The translations under genes and the position numbers were made by a program. The notes below the pieces were generated by a model. The model searched no databases. It had not been told where the DNA came from and saw only the letters and a program-made list of their open reading frames with translations. This document shows positions 38,490 through 50,265 of a stretch of 64,000 nucleotides of DNA, piece by piece (the stretch's first letter is position 1; each line of letters starts with the position of its first letter). This DNA comes from Nitrospirota bacterium (GTDB lineage: Bacteria; Nitrospirota; UBA9217): positions 2,400,001 through 2,464,000 of the forward strand of contig OY760142.1 of the NCBI GenBank assembly GCA_963663225.1, in the 5' to 3' direction.

Positions 38490-39755
38490 ATGTCAATTCA
38501 GGCAATTAAAGGCGTAAAAGACATTCTGCCGGGAGATATAGCCGCGTGGCAGCGCATCGAGGAAACGGCCCGCAGGCTGTTTGAGGATTTTGGATTCTCA
38601 GAAATCCGCGTACCGATTTTTGAATATACCGACTTGTTCGCGAGAAGCATAGGGGCGTCAACGGACATTGTGGAAAAAGAAATGTACACCTTCGATGACC
38701 GGGACGGAAAAAAGATAACTCTTCGGCCGGAAGGCACCGCGGGAGTCGTGCGTGCGTTTATCGAGCATAAGATGTACGCGGATATGCCGCTGGCAAAACT
38801 GTACTACATGGGACCCATGTTCCGGCACGAACGTCCTCAAAAAGGCAGATACCGCCAATTTTATCAAATAGGCGTTGAGGCTATCGGAGTCGATCATCCC
38901 CATGTCGACATAGAAATTCTTTCGATGCTCTATACGCTTTTCAGCAGATTGAAAATTGAAGGGTTGACCCTCCAGATAAACTCTTTGGGCGACGGAGCCT
39001 GCAGAGGGGCGTATCGAGATGCGCTTAAGCAGTACTTAAAGACGAAACTTCCGGTATTATGCGGCGATTGTCAGCGCCGTTACGAGACGAACCCTTTGCG
39101 CGTGCTTGACTGCAAGGTTGATGCGGGAAAATTCGAGGACGCGCCGGTAATGCTGGATTATCTTTGTGAACCCTGCAAGAAGCATTTCCACACCGTTGAA
39201 GACGGCCTTAAAAGCCTCAATATCCCTTTCGTGATCAATGCACGCCTGGTTCGCGGACTTGATTATTACACCCGTACGACCTTTGAACTGGTGATGGAGC
39301 ACACGGGAGCCCAGAATACCGTTGCAGCCGGCGGACGCTATGACGGCCTTGTTCAGGAAATCGGCGGCCCTGCAAGCCCGGGGATCGGCTTTGCACTTGG
39401 TGTAGAACGGGCAATTTCGCTTATGGACACGAGGACGATTCCCGTTCCGCGTCCTGCGCTGTTTGTCTGCGCTTTAGGACCGGAGGCAGGGGCAATTGTG
39501 CTGCCGGTTATCTATCAACTAAGGTCGTCGGGCATTATGGTCGAAACGGATTACACAGACGCCAGCCTGAAAAGCAAAATGAAGAAAGCGGACAAATCCG
39601 GCGCCGGCTATACGCTGATTATCGGCGAACAGGAAATGGAAAAAGGAAAAGCCGTTTTGCGGAATATGCAGACCAAAGAGCAAAAGGAGCTTCCCTTGGC
39701 TCATATCGAGCTTGCCCTGCAAGACCTGTTATCAGCACGCAATCAAAAAGAATGA
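38490..39755 (+). CDS. hisS: Histidine--tRNA ligase
   Basis: LRPEGTA, FRHERPQKGRYRQF, LVRGLDYY, GGRYD. Confidence 0.97.
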   Translation: MSIQAIKGVKDILPGDIAAWQRIEETARRLFEDFGFSEIRVPIFEYTDLFARSIGASTDIVEKEMYTFDDRDGKKITLRPEGTAGVVRAFIEHKMYADMPLAKLYYMGPMFRHERPQKGRYRQFYQIGVEAIGVDHPHVDIEILSMLYTLFSRLKIEGLTLQINSLGDGACRGAYRDALKQYLKTKLPVLCGDCQRRYETNPLRVLDCKVDAGKFEDAPVMLDYLCEPCKKHFHTVEDGLKSLNIPFVINARLVRGLDYYTRTTFELVMEHTGAQNTVAAGGRYDGLVQEIGGPASPGIGFALGVERAISLMDTRTIPVPRPALFVCALGPEAGAIVLPVIYQLRSSGIMVETDYTDASLKSKMKKADKSGAGYTLIIGEQEMEKGKAVLRNMQTKEQKELPLAHIELALQDLLSARNQKE

Positions 39756-39870
39756 CCTTGCCTTCGCCGGCATAGATACCCGCTGCTGACCACGCAGGGT
39801 TCGCATGCTGCATAGGTCCGCAGCGTCCTTTTAAGTTGCAAACTGGTTTTGTTTATGATATTTTTTTTAC

Positions 39871-41301
39871 ATGACGGCCGATAAAATTAAATTCGGTGCA
39901 TCCGGATGGCACGGGGTACTAGCCGATGATTTTACCGTTGCCCGAGTCAAAACCGTCACCCAGGCGATTGCAGATCATATAGCTTCACGAGGCATGAAGG
40001 ACAGGGGAGTGGTCGTGGGTTATGACACCCGTTTCATGTCGGATTTTTTTGCCGAAGAGTCCGCGAAAATCCTTGCCGCAAATGGCATCCATGTGTATCT
40101 GTCGAACCGCGACACACCTGCTCCGGTGGTCACCTTTGAACTTTTACGAAAAAAGACTGCCGGAAGCATCATCGTCTCCGCCCCCCACCAACCCCCGTAT
40201 TATCATGGCCTGCAATTTCTACCAGCCTGGGGAGGTCCAGCGCCTTCCGATGTGATAAAAGATATCGAAACAAGAACCAATGTACTTATAGAAAAAAATG
40301 CACAGGGTGCGTTTCCGAGCAGCGAAAGCAGGGAAAAAACCGCAATAGAGACGGTCGACCTGCGCAAAGCGTATCTTGAAGACCTGAAAAGAAAAATCGA
40401 TATTGATCTGCTCAAAAAAGCAAAGCTTAAAGTAGCTCTCGACCTCCACTGCGGCACCGCGAGAGATTATCTTGATGCTTTTTTAACGGATGCCGGATGC
40501 GCGGTCTCGCTTTTCCACGGAAATCGGGACCCTCTGTTCAGCGGGTGTCTTACGGACCTCTCGGGGAAAAACCTTGCCAGCCTGTCAGACCACATGAAGA
40601 GAGGAAAATACGAGATAGGCCTGGCGGTGAATGACGTCGCTGACCAGTTCGCAATTCTTGATGGAGACGGCACCTATATTAACCCGAACCAGATACTGGC
40701 GCTTCTGCTCGATTTCTTATGCAGAACGCGTGGATGGAAAGGCGGCGCAGCGCGGTCGATAGCGACCTCGCACCTTATTGATGCCGTCGCCAAAAAATAT
40801 GGAATTGAAGTGTATGAGACCGGCATCGGTTTTCACTTCATCGGCGACCTGCTTATGCAGGGGAAAATCATATTTGGGGGCGAGGAAAACGCAGGTTTGA
40901 CTATTAAAGATCATCTGCCCGAACGAGACGGTATCCTTGCTTGTTTGCTGGTCGCCGAGATGGTCGCAACAGAAAGGAAATCCATAAAAGAACTGCTCAA
41001 GCGGCTGTATAAAGAAGTGGGCACTGTCCTGGCTGAACGGGTTGTGATTCCTCTTCCGGAAACAACCTGGAAGGCATTTGCGGGAAAACTCAGCCTGCCC
41101 CTTATGGAACTCGGCGGAATGCGGGTCAAGGGCAAAAAAACCACTTCAGACGGCACCAAATATATGCTTGAAGACGACAGCTGGCTGCTCTTGCGTTTTT
41201 CGGATGCAGAAAGGGCCGTCCTGCTTTATGCTGAATCTTCATTGGAAGAAAAAACAAATGAATTGATAAAAGCAGGAAGCAGGTTTGTCTTGGAAGGGTG
41301 A
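39871..41301 (+). CDS. Phosphoglucomutase/phosphomannomutase-family protein with degenerate active site (probable pseudoenzyme)
   Basis: Full four-domain length, but SAPHQP for TASHNP, NDVADQ for DGDADR, RFSDAER for RPSGTEP. Confidence 0.85.
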   Translation: MTADKIKFGASGWHGVLADDFTVARVKTVTQAIADHIASRGMKDRGVVVGYDTRFMSDFFAEESAKILAANGIHVYLSNRDTPAPVVTFELLRKKTAGSIIVSAPHQPPYYHGLQFLPAWGGPAPSDVIKDIETRTNVLIEKNAQGAFPSSESREKTAIETVDLRKAYLEDLKRKIDIDLLKKAKLKVALDLHCGTARDYLDAFLTDAGCAVSLFHGNRDPLFSGCLTDLSGKNLASLSDHMKRGKYEIGLAVNDVADQFAILDGDGTYINPNQILALLLDFLCRTRGWKGGAARSIATSHLIDAVAKKYGIEVYETGIGFHFIGDLLMQGKIIFGGEENAGLTIKDHLPERDGILACLLVAEMVATERKSIKELLKRLYKEVGTVLAERVVIPLPETTWKAFAGKLSLPLMELGGMRVKGKKTTSDGTKYMLEDDSWLLLRFSDAERAVLLYAESSLEEKTNELIKAGSRFVLEG

Positions 41302-41309
41302 GTATTTAG

Positions 41310-42674
<1,365 letters not shown>

Positions 42675-42732
42675 GAGCAACAAAAGCAAAGAGACGGCAG
42701 AGCCCAAGTCATCAACTCTTATTATCTACTAC

Positions 42733-42772
42733 CTGTCCTGGTTCTTTCCAATGAACCAGGACAGTCTATTTT
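42733..42772 (+). terminator. Intrinsic terminator after eno
   Basis: CTGTCCTGGTTC-N8-GAACCAGGACAG then TCTATTTT. Confidence 0.65.
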
Positions 42773-42778
42773 GCCATC

Positions 42779-43243
42779 ATGAACAAAGCCGCTTTTGAAA
42801 AAATAGTACGGCACGCTCTCCGGCAACTGCCGCCCAGGTTTAAGCACAAGCTCAAAAATATCTCTATTGAGATAGAGGACAGACCCTCGCCGGCGCTTCT
42901 TAAAGACATGCAGATAGAATCCGGCTCGCTTTTCGGTCTATATCAGGGTGTTCCGCTTCCCGATCGTGAATGGAATTACGGCAACGCTCTTCCTGACCGC
43001 ATCGTGATTTATCAGCATCCGATTGAAGCGGCCGCACATTCACCTGAGGAAATAGAACAGATTGTTATTGATACCGTTCGGCATGAGATTGGGCATTATT
43101 TCGGATTTGATGACGATACGTTGTATTTTATAGAATCTAACAAAAAAAGCCTCGAAGATGGGAAAAAGATGCAGTCAGAGAGGAATGATAAGACGGGGAA
43201 ATTGTCAGGTAGTAAGAAGAGAAGAAAATATCCGTACAAATAA
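42779..43243 (+). CDS. Minimal zincin metallopeptidase (Zincin_1/DUF1025-like)
   Basis: LFGLYQGVPL..R, PDRI.IY..PI, HEIGHYFG. Confidence 0.85.
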   Translation: MNKAAFEKIVRHALRQLPPRFKHKLKNISIEIEDRPSPALLKDMQIESGSLFGLYQGVPLPDREWNYGNALPDRIVIYQHPIEAAAHSPEEIEQIVIDTVRHEIGHYFGFDDDTLYFIESNKKSLEDGKKMQSERNDKTGKLSGSKKRRKYPYK

Positions 43244-43306
43244 ACTTTTCGTACGCTTTCAGAAATTATTCGATTGAAAAATGTCCCGAAGAGACTGCGG
43301 ACAGAA

Positions 43307-43786
43307 TTATTTATATTTCTTCAAAATTTTTTCAATAATCCCTGTTGTCGAGGCGCCTTCGATATATCCGGTGCTGATCACCTTGCCGCCCCGTCCTTCA
43401 ACGATAGTACGTCCGATGATTTTCTCGATCGGCCAGTCCCCCCCCTTTACCAGAACATCAGGCAGGAGTTCGGAAATAATTTTCCCTGGGTCAGGTTCAT
43501 GGAACAGTACGACAAAGTCGACGGATTCGAGCGCGGCAAGAGTCTCCATGCGGTCTTGTTCCGTATTGATCGGCCGCTTGTCTCCCTTGATCATGCGCAC
43601 AGAGGCATCGCTGTTTACTGCAACAACCAGAATGTGCCCAAGCGATTTTGCTTTTGCGAGATAGCGCGTGTGGCCGGTATGGATGAGATCGAAACACCCG
43701 TTTGTAAAAACAATTTTTTGTCCGGCAGCCCGGAGAATATCGAGAACAGGTTTGAGTTCCTGGACGGTTTTAATTTTTTTATGCAT
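43307..43786 (-). CDS. rfaE2: D-glycero-beta-D-manno-heptose 1-phosphate adenylyltransferase
   Basis: FTNGCFDLIH.GH, NSD.SV...KG..RP, LVKGGDW, STT. Confidence 0.93.
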   Translation of the reverse strand: MHKKIKTVQELKPVLDILRAAGQKIVFTNGCFDLIHTGHTRYLAKAKSLGHILVVAVNSDASVRMIKGDKRPINTEQDRMETLAALESVDFVVLFHEPDPGKIISELLPDVLVKGGDWPIEKIIGRTIVEGRGGKVISTGYIEGASTTGIIEKILKKYK

Positions 43787-43904
43787 GCAAAAATATAATA
43801 TAAAATGATCAGGAATGCAAGCAGCATTGTCGAAGAGAGAAGAGGCGGACGGGGGTTGGAAAAACAGGAACAACGAGCGCTGCTATGGAAGATGACGGCT
43901 GGCT

Positions 43905-44978
43905 CTACAACTGATGGCTTTTGAATATTTCATCGAACGCAAGAGCAACTTCATTGAATGCTTTGAGAACTTCAGGGCAGAAATGCTCGGGATTTGTCCT
44001 GCCGTCGCCTTTGATAATAATGGTGCACGCTTCTTCATGGCTGAATTCCGGTTTGTAAGGCCTCCTGCTCCTCAGGGCATCATATTGATCGACGAGCATG
44101 ACAATCCTTCCCTCAAGAGGGATATCGTTGCCTTTCAAGCCTCTTGGATATCCGTCGCCGCACCACCGCTCATGATGATTTAATGCCACTGAAGCGGCTA
44201 GTCTGAGTTGAGGAAAAGAAGACCCTGCAAGCATTTTTTCTCCGATAAGAGTGTGCTTTTTTATGATCTCAAATTCTTCAGAAGAGAGGGGGCCTGGTTT
44301 CAGGAGAACATTGTCGGGTATGCCGATTTTCCCCAGGTCGTGCATCGGGCTCGCAAAGGTCAAAGCTTCAACAAAGTCATCCGGAAGTCCCATGGCTTTT
44401 GCAATTTTGTTTGAGTAGAGTCCGATCCTTCCGATATGAGCACCGGTATCTGTGTCGCGATATTCAGCGACAGAGGTCAACCGTCTGATGACTTCATTGC
44501 TCAGATTTTTTACCATCATCAGTGCATCAGCCAGTTCACGAGTCCGTATCTTGACTGTATCCTCCAGCATGTCCTTATAGTTCTTTTCCATTTGAATAAA
44601 CCGGGTGTATTTGACCGCTTTTTCCAGGGAGTGAAGGAGGTAATCCGGATTGTATGGTTTTGTAATAAAATCGAATGCGCCTTTTTTTATGGCATCGACT
44701 GCAACGTCAAGTTCGGCAAAGGCAGTCATCAGGATTACGGGAATCTGTGGATTGTAGTTGTGAATATTCTGAAGAAGGTCAATGCCGGTCACCTGCGGCA
44801 TCTTGATATCGGTCAGAACGAGATCAAATTTGATTTCCTGTACCATTTTTATGGCATCGTGAGCATTTTGACAGGTATAAACCTTATAGCCAAATTCAGT
44901 TAACAATGTTGAAATGGACTCGAGTATGTACGGGTCGTCATCGACGACAAGCAGCATATACTTTTCCTGTTCATTCAT
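43905..44978 (-). CDS. Response regulator with HD-GYP c-di-GMP phosphodiesterase domain (RpfG-like)
   Basis: Intact REC (DDD, D..MP, T, KP); HDLGK and HHERW.G.GYP; ATG after AAGGAG. Confidence 0.92.
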   Translation of the reverse strand: MNEQEKYMLLVVDDDPYILESISTLLTEFGYKVYTCQNAHDAIKMVQEIKFDLVLTDIKMPQVTGIDLLQNIHNYNPQIPVILMTAFAELDVAVDAIKKGAFDFITKPYNPDYLLHSLEKAVKYTRFIQMEKNYKDMLEDTVKIRTRELADALMMVKNLSNEVIRRLTSVAEYRDTDTGAHIGRIGLYSNKIAKAMGLPDDFVEALTFASPMHDLGKIGIPDNVLLKPGPLSSEEFEIIKKHTLIGEKMLAGSSFPQLRLAASVALNHHERWCGDGYPRGLKGNDIPLEGRIVMLVDQYDALRSRRPYKPEFSHEEACTIIIKGDGRTNPEHFCPEVLKAFNEVALAFDEIFKSHQL

Positions 44979-45277
44979 AATTGTTGAACTCTCCTTGGCA
45001 CCCATGCGATTCGCTTCTGATGCTGCAGAAAATGGAAAAAGCACTCTGTGTGCAGTATGGCAGCCTGTTCGTGAAAGACGTCGGGCCAAGCCCGTGCGCA
45101 CAGTGTTTGGCGCGGGCAGGGAGCTTTGCACCATCCGACATGGGATAACTATACCACAAATGCCGATGCCGTACGTAAAAAAATGGAAGGAAAACGATGG
45201 TTTTCTGATATAATAACGTGAAAGTTCCATGCTGGACTGCGTTCTTATACAGAGTTCTTCGCTCCAAGGAGTTAACC

Positions 45278-47041
45278 ATGGCCATTCCGGGCATAAAGAA
45301 AAAGATGCTGGGCGAAATGCTGGTTGCCGGTGGGCTGATCAAGGACGATCAGCTGAAGCGCGCGCTGGAAGAACAGAGAAAAAAAGGCGGGAAGATAGGA
45401 GAGATCCTCGTTGATCTGGGATTTATCAACGAACATAACCTTGCCACGTTTCTCGGCAGGCAGTTCCATCTTCCTTTTGTCGAAATCGACAAGCAGCTTA
45501 TGGACCCGGAAACCTTGACGCTGATCCCCGCTGATCTGGCAAGAAGGCTTACTGCCATCCCGTTATACCGGGACAAGGACGCTGTGGTTGTCGCCATGTC
45601 GGATCCCTTGAATATCTTCGGCCTCGATGATATCAAAAAGGCGGCTGGCAGGGAAATCAAACAGGTGGTTGCCACCCGGAGCGACATTCAACGGGCAATT
45701 GACCGTCATTACGGCATGAGCCAGACCATTGAAGCCGCAGCGATGAACTTCGCTGAAGAAATGGGTACTGCAGTCGAAGAAATAACGGAAATCTCCGGTG
45801 CCACGGCAGAAGATGCGCCGGTTGTCAAGCTCGTAAGCATGCTGCTGGCACAGGCAATGATGGATCATGCCAGCGACATCCACATAGATCCGGAGGGGAA
45901 TCAGATCAAAGTCCGGTATCGTATAGACGGCATACTGACGGAAGTGCGGACATTGCCGCGTGAAATGCATTCCCCTATCGTGTCACGCATCAAGATTCTT
46001 GCAAACATGGATATTGCGGAAAAGCGGGTTCCGCAGGACGGACGCTTTCAGGTGCGCATAACGCACGGCGAAGCGGGACCGGTCGTAACGTCGGTATTCA
46101 GCGAACGGAGCACGCTCCGTATGGATGGAGACACAACTGTGGACATCCGTGTTTCTACCCTTCCGGTAATCCAGGGAGAGACCATTGTGATGCGCATCCT
46201 TGACCGGTCCCAGATCATCATGACTCTCGACGGATTGCATTTTTCGCCGGAGATGTTGGAACAATACCGCAAGCTTATCGCAAGGCCATACGGCATGATT
46301 CTGGTGACCGGACCGACCGGCAGCGGCAAGACCACGACACTGTATGCCAGCATTAATACTATTGACCGAAAAGCGAATAATATCGTGACAGTTGAAGACC
46401 CGGTCGAATACCAAATTATGGGGGTCAATCAGCTGCAGGTGAATCCCAAGGCGGGCGTTACCTTTGCAAGCGGTCTTCGCTCCATTCTCCGGCAGGATCC
46501 CGATATCATCATGGTAGGAGAGATACGGGACCGGGAAACAGCGGAAATTGCAATCCATGCGGCTTTGACCGGACATCTGGTTTTCGCAACACTGCACACG
46601 AATGACGCGGCCGGTGCCACAACCAGGCTTATCGACATGGGGATCGAACCGTTTCTTATTTCTTCATCGGTGATCGGGATCCTGGCCCAGCGACTGGCAC
46701 GGAAAATTTGCAGCCACTGCGGAAAGCCGTATGCGTCCACGCCTGATCTGCTCAGGAGCCTTGGTGTTTCCGACAGTAATGCAACATTTTTCCGGGGGGA
46801 AGGGTGCCCAGCCTGCAAGAATACCGGATATCAGGGCAGAGTTGCGGTTTTCGAACTTATGGCTATGAACGAAACAATCCGCAATTGCATTATTGCGAAG
46901 GCTTCAAGTTCTTCCATAAGGGCTGCAGCGGCCCAGTCAGGATTCAAAACCCTGCGCCAGGAAGGGCTGATCAAGGCTGCCGCGGGCATTACTACGGTGG
47001 AAGAAGTACTCAGGGTGACGCAAGAGTCTGAAGGAGTATAA
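45278..47041 (+). CDS. pilB: PilB/GspE-family assembly ATPase with N-terminal MshEN-like domain
   Basis: Tandem xLGxxLxxxGxI..xLxxxLxx[23 protein letters not shown]...TLH, two CxxC. Confidence 0.88.
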   Translation: MAIPGIKKKMLGEMLVAGGLIKDDQLKRALEEQRKKGGKIGEILVDLGFINEHNLATFLGRQFHLPFVEIDKQLMDPETLTLIPADLARRLTAIPLYRDKDAVVVAMSDPLNIFGLDDIKKAAGREIKQVVATRSDIQRAIDRHYGMSQTIEAAAMNFAEEMGTAVEEITEISGATAEDAPVVKLVSMLLAQAMMDHASDIHIDPEGNQIKVRYRIDGILTEVRTLPREMHSPIVSRIKILANMDIAEKRVPQDGRFQVRITHGEAGPVVTSVFSERSTLRMDGDTTVDIRVSTLPVIQGETIVMRILDRSQIIMTLDGLHFSPEMLEQYRKLIARPYGMILVTGPTGSGKTTTLYASINTIDRKANNIVTVEDPVEYQIMGVNQLQVNPKAGVTFASGLRSILRQDPDIIMVGEIRDRETAEIAIHAALTGHLVFATLHTNDAAGATTRLIDMGIEPFLISSSVIGILAQRLARKICSHCGKPYASTPDLLRSLGVSDSNATFFRGEGCPACKNTGYQGRVAVFELMAMNETIRNCIIAKASSSSIRAAAAQSGFKTLRQEGLIKAAAGITTVEEVLRVTQESEGV

Positions 47042-47054
47042 TCGCGGATGAAGA

Positions 47055-48773
47055 TCAGCGGATGTATGCTTCCGTTACATAACGCCGCATCATGCGATGG
47101 CTGTTGAAGTAGTATGCGTTTTTGCTCACGGCATTTTTCATCATCCGGATCCAGTTGCCTTTATTCTCGGCATAATATTTCGGAATAATCCGGTTTTCAA
47201 GCTTGTCATAAAGATCAGCCGCATCTTCCGCGTCCGACGCGCCCGGCTTCGTCGTTTCAGTCGGCGCTGCGCCGATGGACCACCCCGTGAACTCTTCGAT
47301 ATGCCCTTCTATCCACCAGCCGTCCAGTACGCTGAAATTCAACACTCCGTTGTGCGCGGCTTTCATGCCGCTGGTGCCTGAGGCTTCGAGCGGACGGAGC
47401 GGCGTATTCAGCCATATGTCGACGCCGGAAACAAGTTTAAGCGCGATATCCATATCGTAACCGGGGAGGAATGAGACGGCGATCTTTCCTTTCAGCCTGT
47501 CCCGGTATCCGTAGATGCCTTGAATCAGCCTCTTGCCGTTTTCATCGTGCGGATGCGCTTTGCCTGCATACACTATTTGAATCCTGCCTTTTTTATTGAT
47601 CGCGAGCAGCCGCTCGATATCCGAGAAGAGCAGATGCGGTCGTTTGTATCCGGTGGCCCGTCGAGCGAAACCGATGGTGAGTACACCGGGATCCATGGTG
47701 ACGCCGGTTGTCTGCTCCACAACGGTAAGCAGCTTTTGCTTTGCCCGCTGGTGCGCATCCCATATTTCAGACTCCGGGATAATCCCCGACCGTACGAACA
47801 ACTCAGGCTCATTCGCCCATCCGGGGATATATTTATCAAAAAGTTTCGCCATCTCGTCGCATGTCCAGGTAAACGAGTGGACGCCGTTCGTAATGGCGTG
47901 GATATGGTACCCGGGAAACATGTGCTGTGAGACTTCGCCATGCTTTTTGGCGACGCCGTTTATATATTTGCTCAGATTGAGCGCCAACAGCGTCATATTC
48001 AGGCTGTCTTTGCCCGCGATGTCCTTCAGGACCTCAAGGGGAATGATGTCGCCGAGCACCTGCCTGACCAGCGGATAGGGGAATTTGTCGTGTCCCGCCT
48101 CTACCGGTGTGTGCGTGGTAAACACGCAAAGATTGCGCACCCGGCCGATGTCCCAGCAGGAGCGCTCGTCCCATACGCTTTCGATATCGCGCTTGCACCT
48201 GAGGAGGATGTCGAGGGCGAGAAAGCTTGCGTGTCCTTCGTTCATATGATATTTCTTGATCTGAAACTCAAGCGCTGTCAGCATGCGCACTCCGCCCATG
48301 CCGAGGACAACCTCTTGTTTGATGCGATAGAGGCTGTCGCCGCCATACAAGATGTCTGTAATCGTCTGGTCCTCCGAGGTATTTTCAGGCAGATGGGTGT
48401 CCAGAAAGAGAATGGGGACCTTGCCGCCGGTGGGGCTGATGACCTGGTAGAGCCATGCCTGGATGAAAACGTCACGACCTTCTATCTGTACTTTGACTTT
48501 TTGCGGCAGCAATGTCATATGGCTTGACGGATCCCAGCTTACCGGGCTCTCTTTTTGCCATCCTGCGGCATCGATGTCCTGTTTGAAGTAGCCTTTGCGG
48601 GTGATCAGCGTGACCGCAACGAGGGGAAGCTGCAGATCCGCAGCGGATTTAATGGTGTCTCCTGCAAGGATGCCGAGACCGCCGCTGTATGTTGGGATAT
48701 CGGTTTTGATCCCGATTTCCATGGAAAAATAGGCAATCATCGGTTCGGCGGTAAATTCATGAAGATGGTTCAT
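47055..48773 (-). CDS. glgP: Alpha-glucan (glycogen) phosphorylase
   Basis: YFSME.G, YSGGLG.LAGD, NEGH, ARR...YKR, EASGTSGMK. Confidence 0.95.
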   Translation of the reverse strand: MNHLHEFTAEPMIAYFSMEIGIKTDIPTYSGGLGILAGDTIKSAADLQLPLVAVTLITRKGYFKQDIDAAGWQKESPVSWDPSSHMTLLPQKVKVQIEGRDVFIQAWLYQVISPTGGKVPILFLDTHLPENTSEDQTITDILYGGDSLYRIKQEVVLGMGGVRMLTALEFQIKKYHMNEGHASFLALDILLRCKRDIESVWDERSCWDIGRVRNLCVFTTHTPVEAGHDKFPYPLVRQVLGDIIPLEVLKDIAGKDSLNMTLLALNLSKYINGVAKKHGEVSQHMFPGYHIHAITNGVHSFTWTCDEMAKLFDKYIPGWANEPELFVRSGIIPESEIWDAHQRAKQKLLTVVEQTTGVTMDPGVLTIGFARRATGYKRPHLLFSDIERLLAINKKGRIQIVYAGKAHPHDENGKRLIQGIYGYRDRLKGKIAVSFLPGYDMDIALKLVSGVDIWLNTPLRPLEASGTSGMKAAHNGVLNFSVLDGWWIEGHIEEFTGWSIGAAPTETTKPGASDAEDAADLYDKLENRIIPKYYAENKGNWIRMMKNAVSKNAYYFNSHRMMRRYVTEAYIR

Positions 48774-49080
48774 AATGCTCCCTGTTCCGGACTTTCGGAG
48801 GATAAATTTAAAAAAACGGTATTCTGCCTTCCCCTGTCTTCAGAAAAAAGAAATATTCCCGCTGTACTGCTTTTTTTAGCCATATTTGGACTATAGCATA
48901 AAGACAGGTGCGGAGCAAGAGGACCGGAAGCGGCTGAAGACCCGGTACGCTGTTAATACGGTGCATTTGCGTTTCGGTTGACTCCAACAGGGCGAGATGA
49001 TAGCCTATATTTGTACTTCGATTTTATATGAATCGATTGATCTGCGTTCTCTTTGCGGATGCAGAAGAGGAAAAATACGG

Positions 49081-50052
49081 GTGAATAAAAGCATTATCAC
49101 AATATTATTTCTGTCTGTTTTTCTTCCTGCGTGTGCCGATCAGAAAACAGTCCAAAAAACAGAATTTATCATGGGTACGGACATCACTATTACGGTCGTC
49201 GCCCGAAACGCTGAACAGGGAGAATCAGCCATAGAACTCGGGATGGCTGAACTGCGCCGGCTTGATGCCATGTTGTCACGCTTTAAGGAGTTGAGTGAAG
49301 TAGCCAGAATAAATAGAAATGCCGGGATAAAGCCGGTCAGAGTCTCACCGGAGTTGCTGGATGTCGTGGAACGGGCAACAGCTGTTTCAAAGCTCTCAGG
49401 CGGCATTTTCGATATTACGATAGGCCCCCTGGTGGTTTTATGGCAGTCCAGGATGCAAGAAGGGAAAATACCGTCAAATAATGAAATCAATTCGATACTC
49501 CCTCTTGTTAACTACCGCAATATAATTATCGACAAAAAAGCGTCCACGATCTTCCTCAAAAAAACAGGTATGATTATCGACCTCGGCGGCATGAAAGGGT
49601 ATGGAGCTGACCGGGTGGCTGATCTCTATAAAAGCCGCGGTATACACAACGCGCTTATTGCCGTTGCAGGCGATATCAGAGCGCTGGGCTTCCGGGAAGA
49701 CGGTAGTCCGTGGAAAATAGGGGTGCAACATCCACGTGACCCGGGGAAAATGCTTACCATACTCAGATTGACCGATAAATGCGTCTCAACATCAGGAGAT
49801 TACGAACGCTTCGTCATTAAGGACAACAAGCGCTATCATCATATTATCGACCCTCGCACGGGAAGGCCTTCGACCGGAGTTACCTCCGTGACCCTTATCG
49901 GAGAGACCGGATCGTTTGTCGATCCTCTTGCAAAAATCCCGTTTATACTCGGTCCTGAAAAGGGATTGGAGCTTATAAAAAAATTCGGCGTAGAAGCCAT
50001 CATTGTTGACGATGCGGGCACCATCACAACAACAGCCGGGATCACGTTGTAG
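49081..50052 (+). CDS. apbE: FAD:protein FMN transferase ApbE lipoprotein
   Basis: Lipobox LPAC, MGT, FDIT.GP, DLGG.KG, STSGDYER, HHIIDPRTG. Confidence 0.92.
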   Translation: MNKSIITILFLSVFLPACADQKTVQKTEFIMGTDITITVVARNAEQGESAIELGMAELRRLDAMLSRFKELSEVARINRNAGIKPVRVSPELLDVVERATAVSKLSGGIFDITIGPLVVLWQSRMQEGKIPSNNEINSILPLVNYRNIIIDKKASTIFLKKTGMIIDLGGMKGYGADRVADLYKSRGIHNALIAVAGDIRALGFREDGSPWKIGVQHPRDPGKMLTILRLTDKCVSTSGDYERFVIKDNKRYHHIIDPRTGRPSTGVTSVTLIGETGSFVDPLAKIPFILGPEKGLELIKKFGVEAIIVDDAGTITTTAGITL

Positions 50053-50265
50053 GCAGCCGTATCCTTGAGGAGCTATCCTCTAAAAAAATAGTCGGCCTAC
50101 TTGCTCTGTGCTTTTTCTGCAAACTGCCGGAGCGTGTTGGTGAACAATATATCTCCTTGACCAGGATGGAGGAATGCGTTATGATATGTAAACCAATAAA
50201 ATTATTTTCACGTAAGTTTATTGGTTTAAGCGCGATAACGACACTCGTTTGTTACGACGCGGGGA

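Noticed and set aside
39871-41301. Calling the PGM-like gene a pseudogene
   Set aside because: No stops or frameshifts, promoter intact, substitutions concentrated at catalytic residues.
45060-45160. Hairpins and GCAAAG in the HD-GYP leader suggesting a c-di-GMP-I riboswitch
   Set aside because: No GGCAAAC/GNRA P2 stem or matching P1; structure alone is insufficient.
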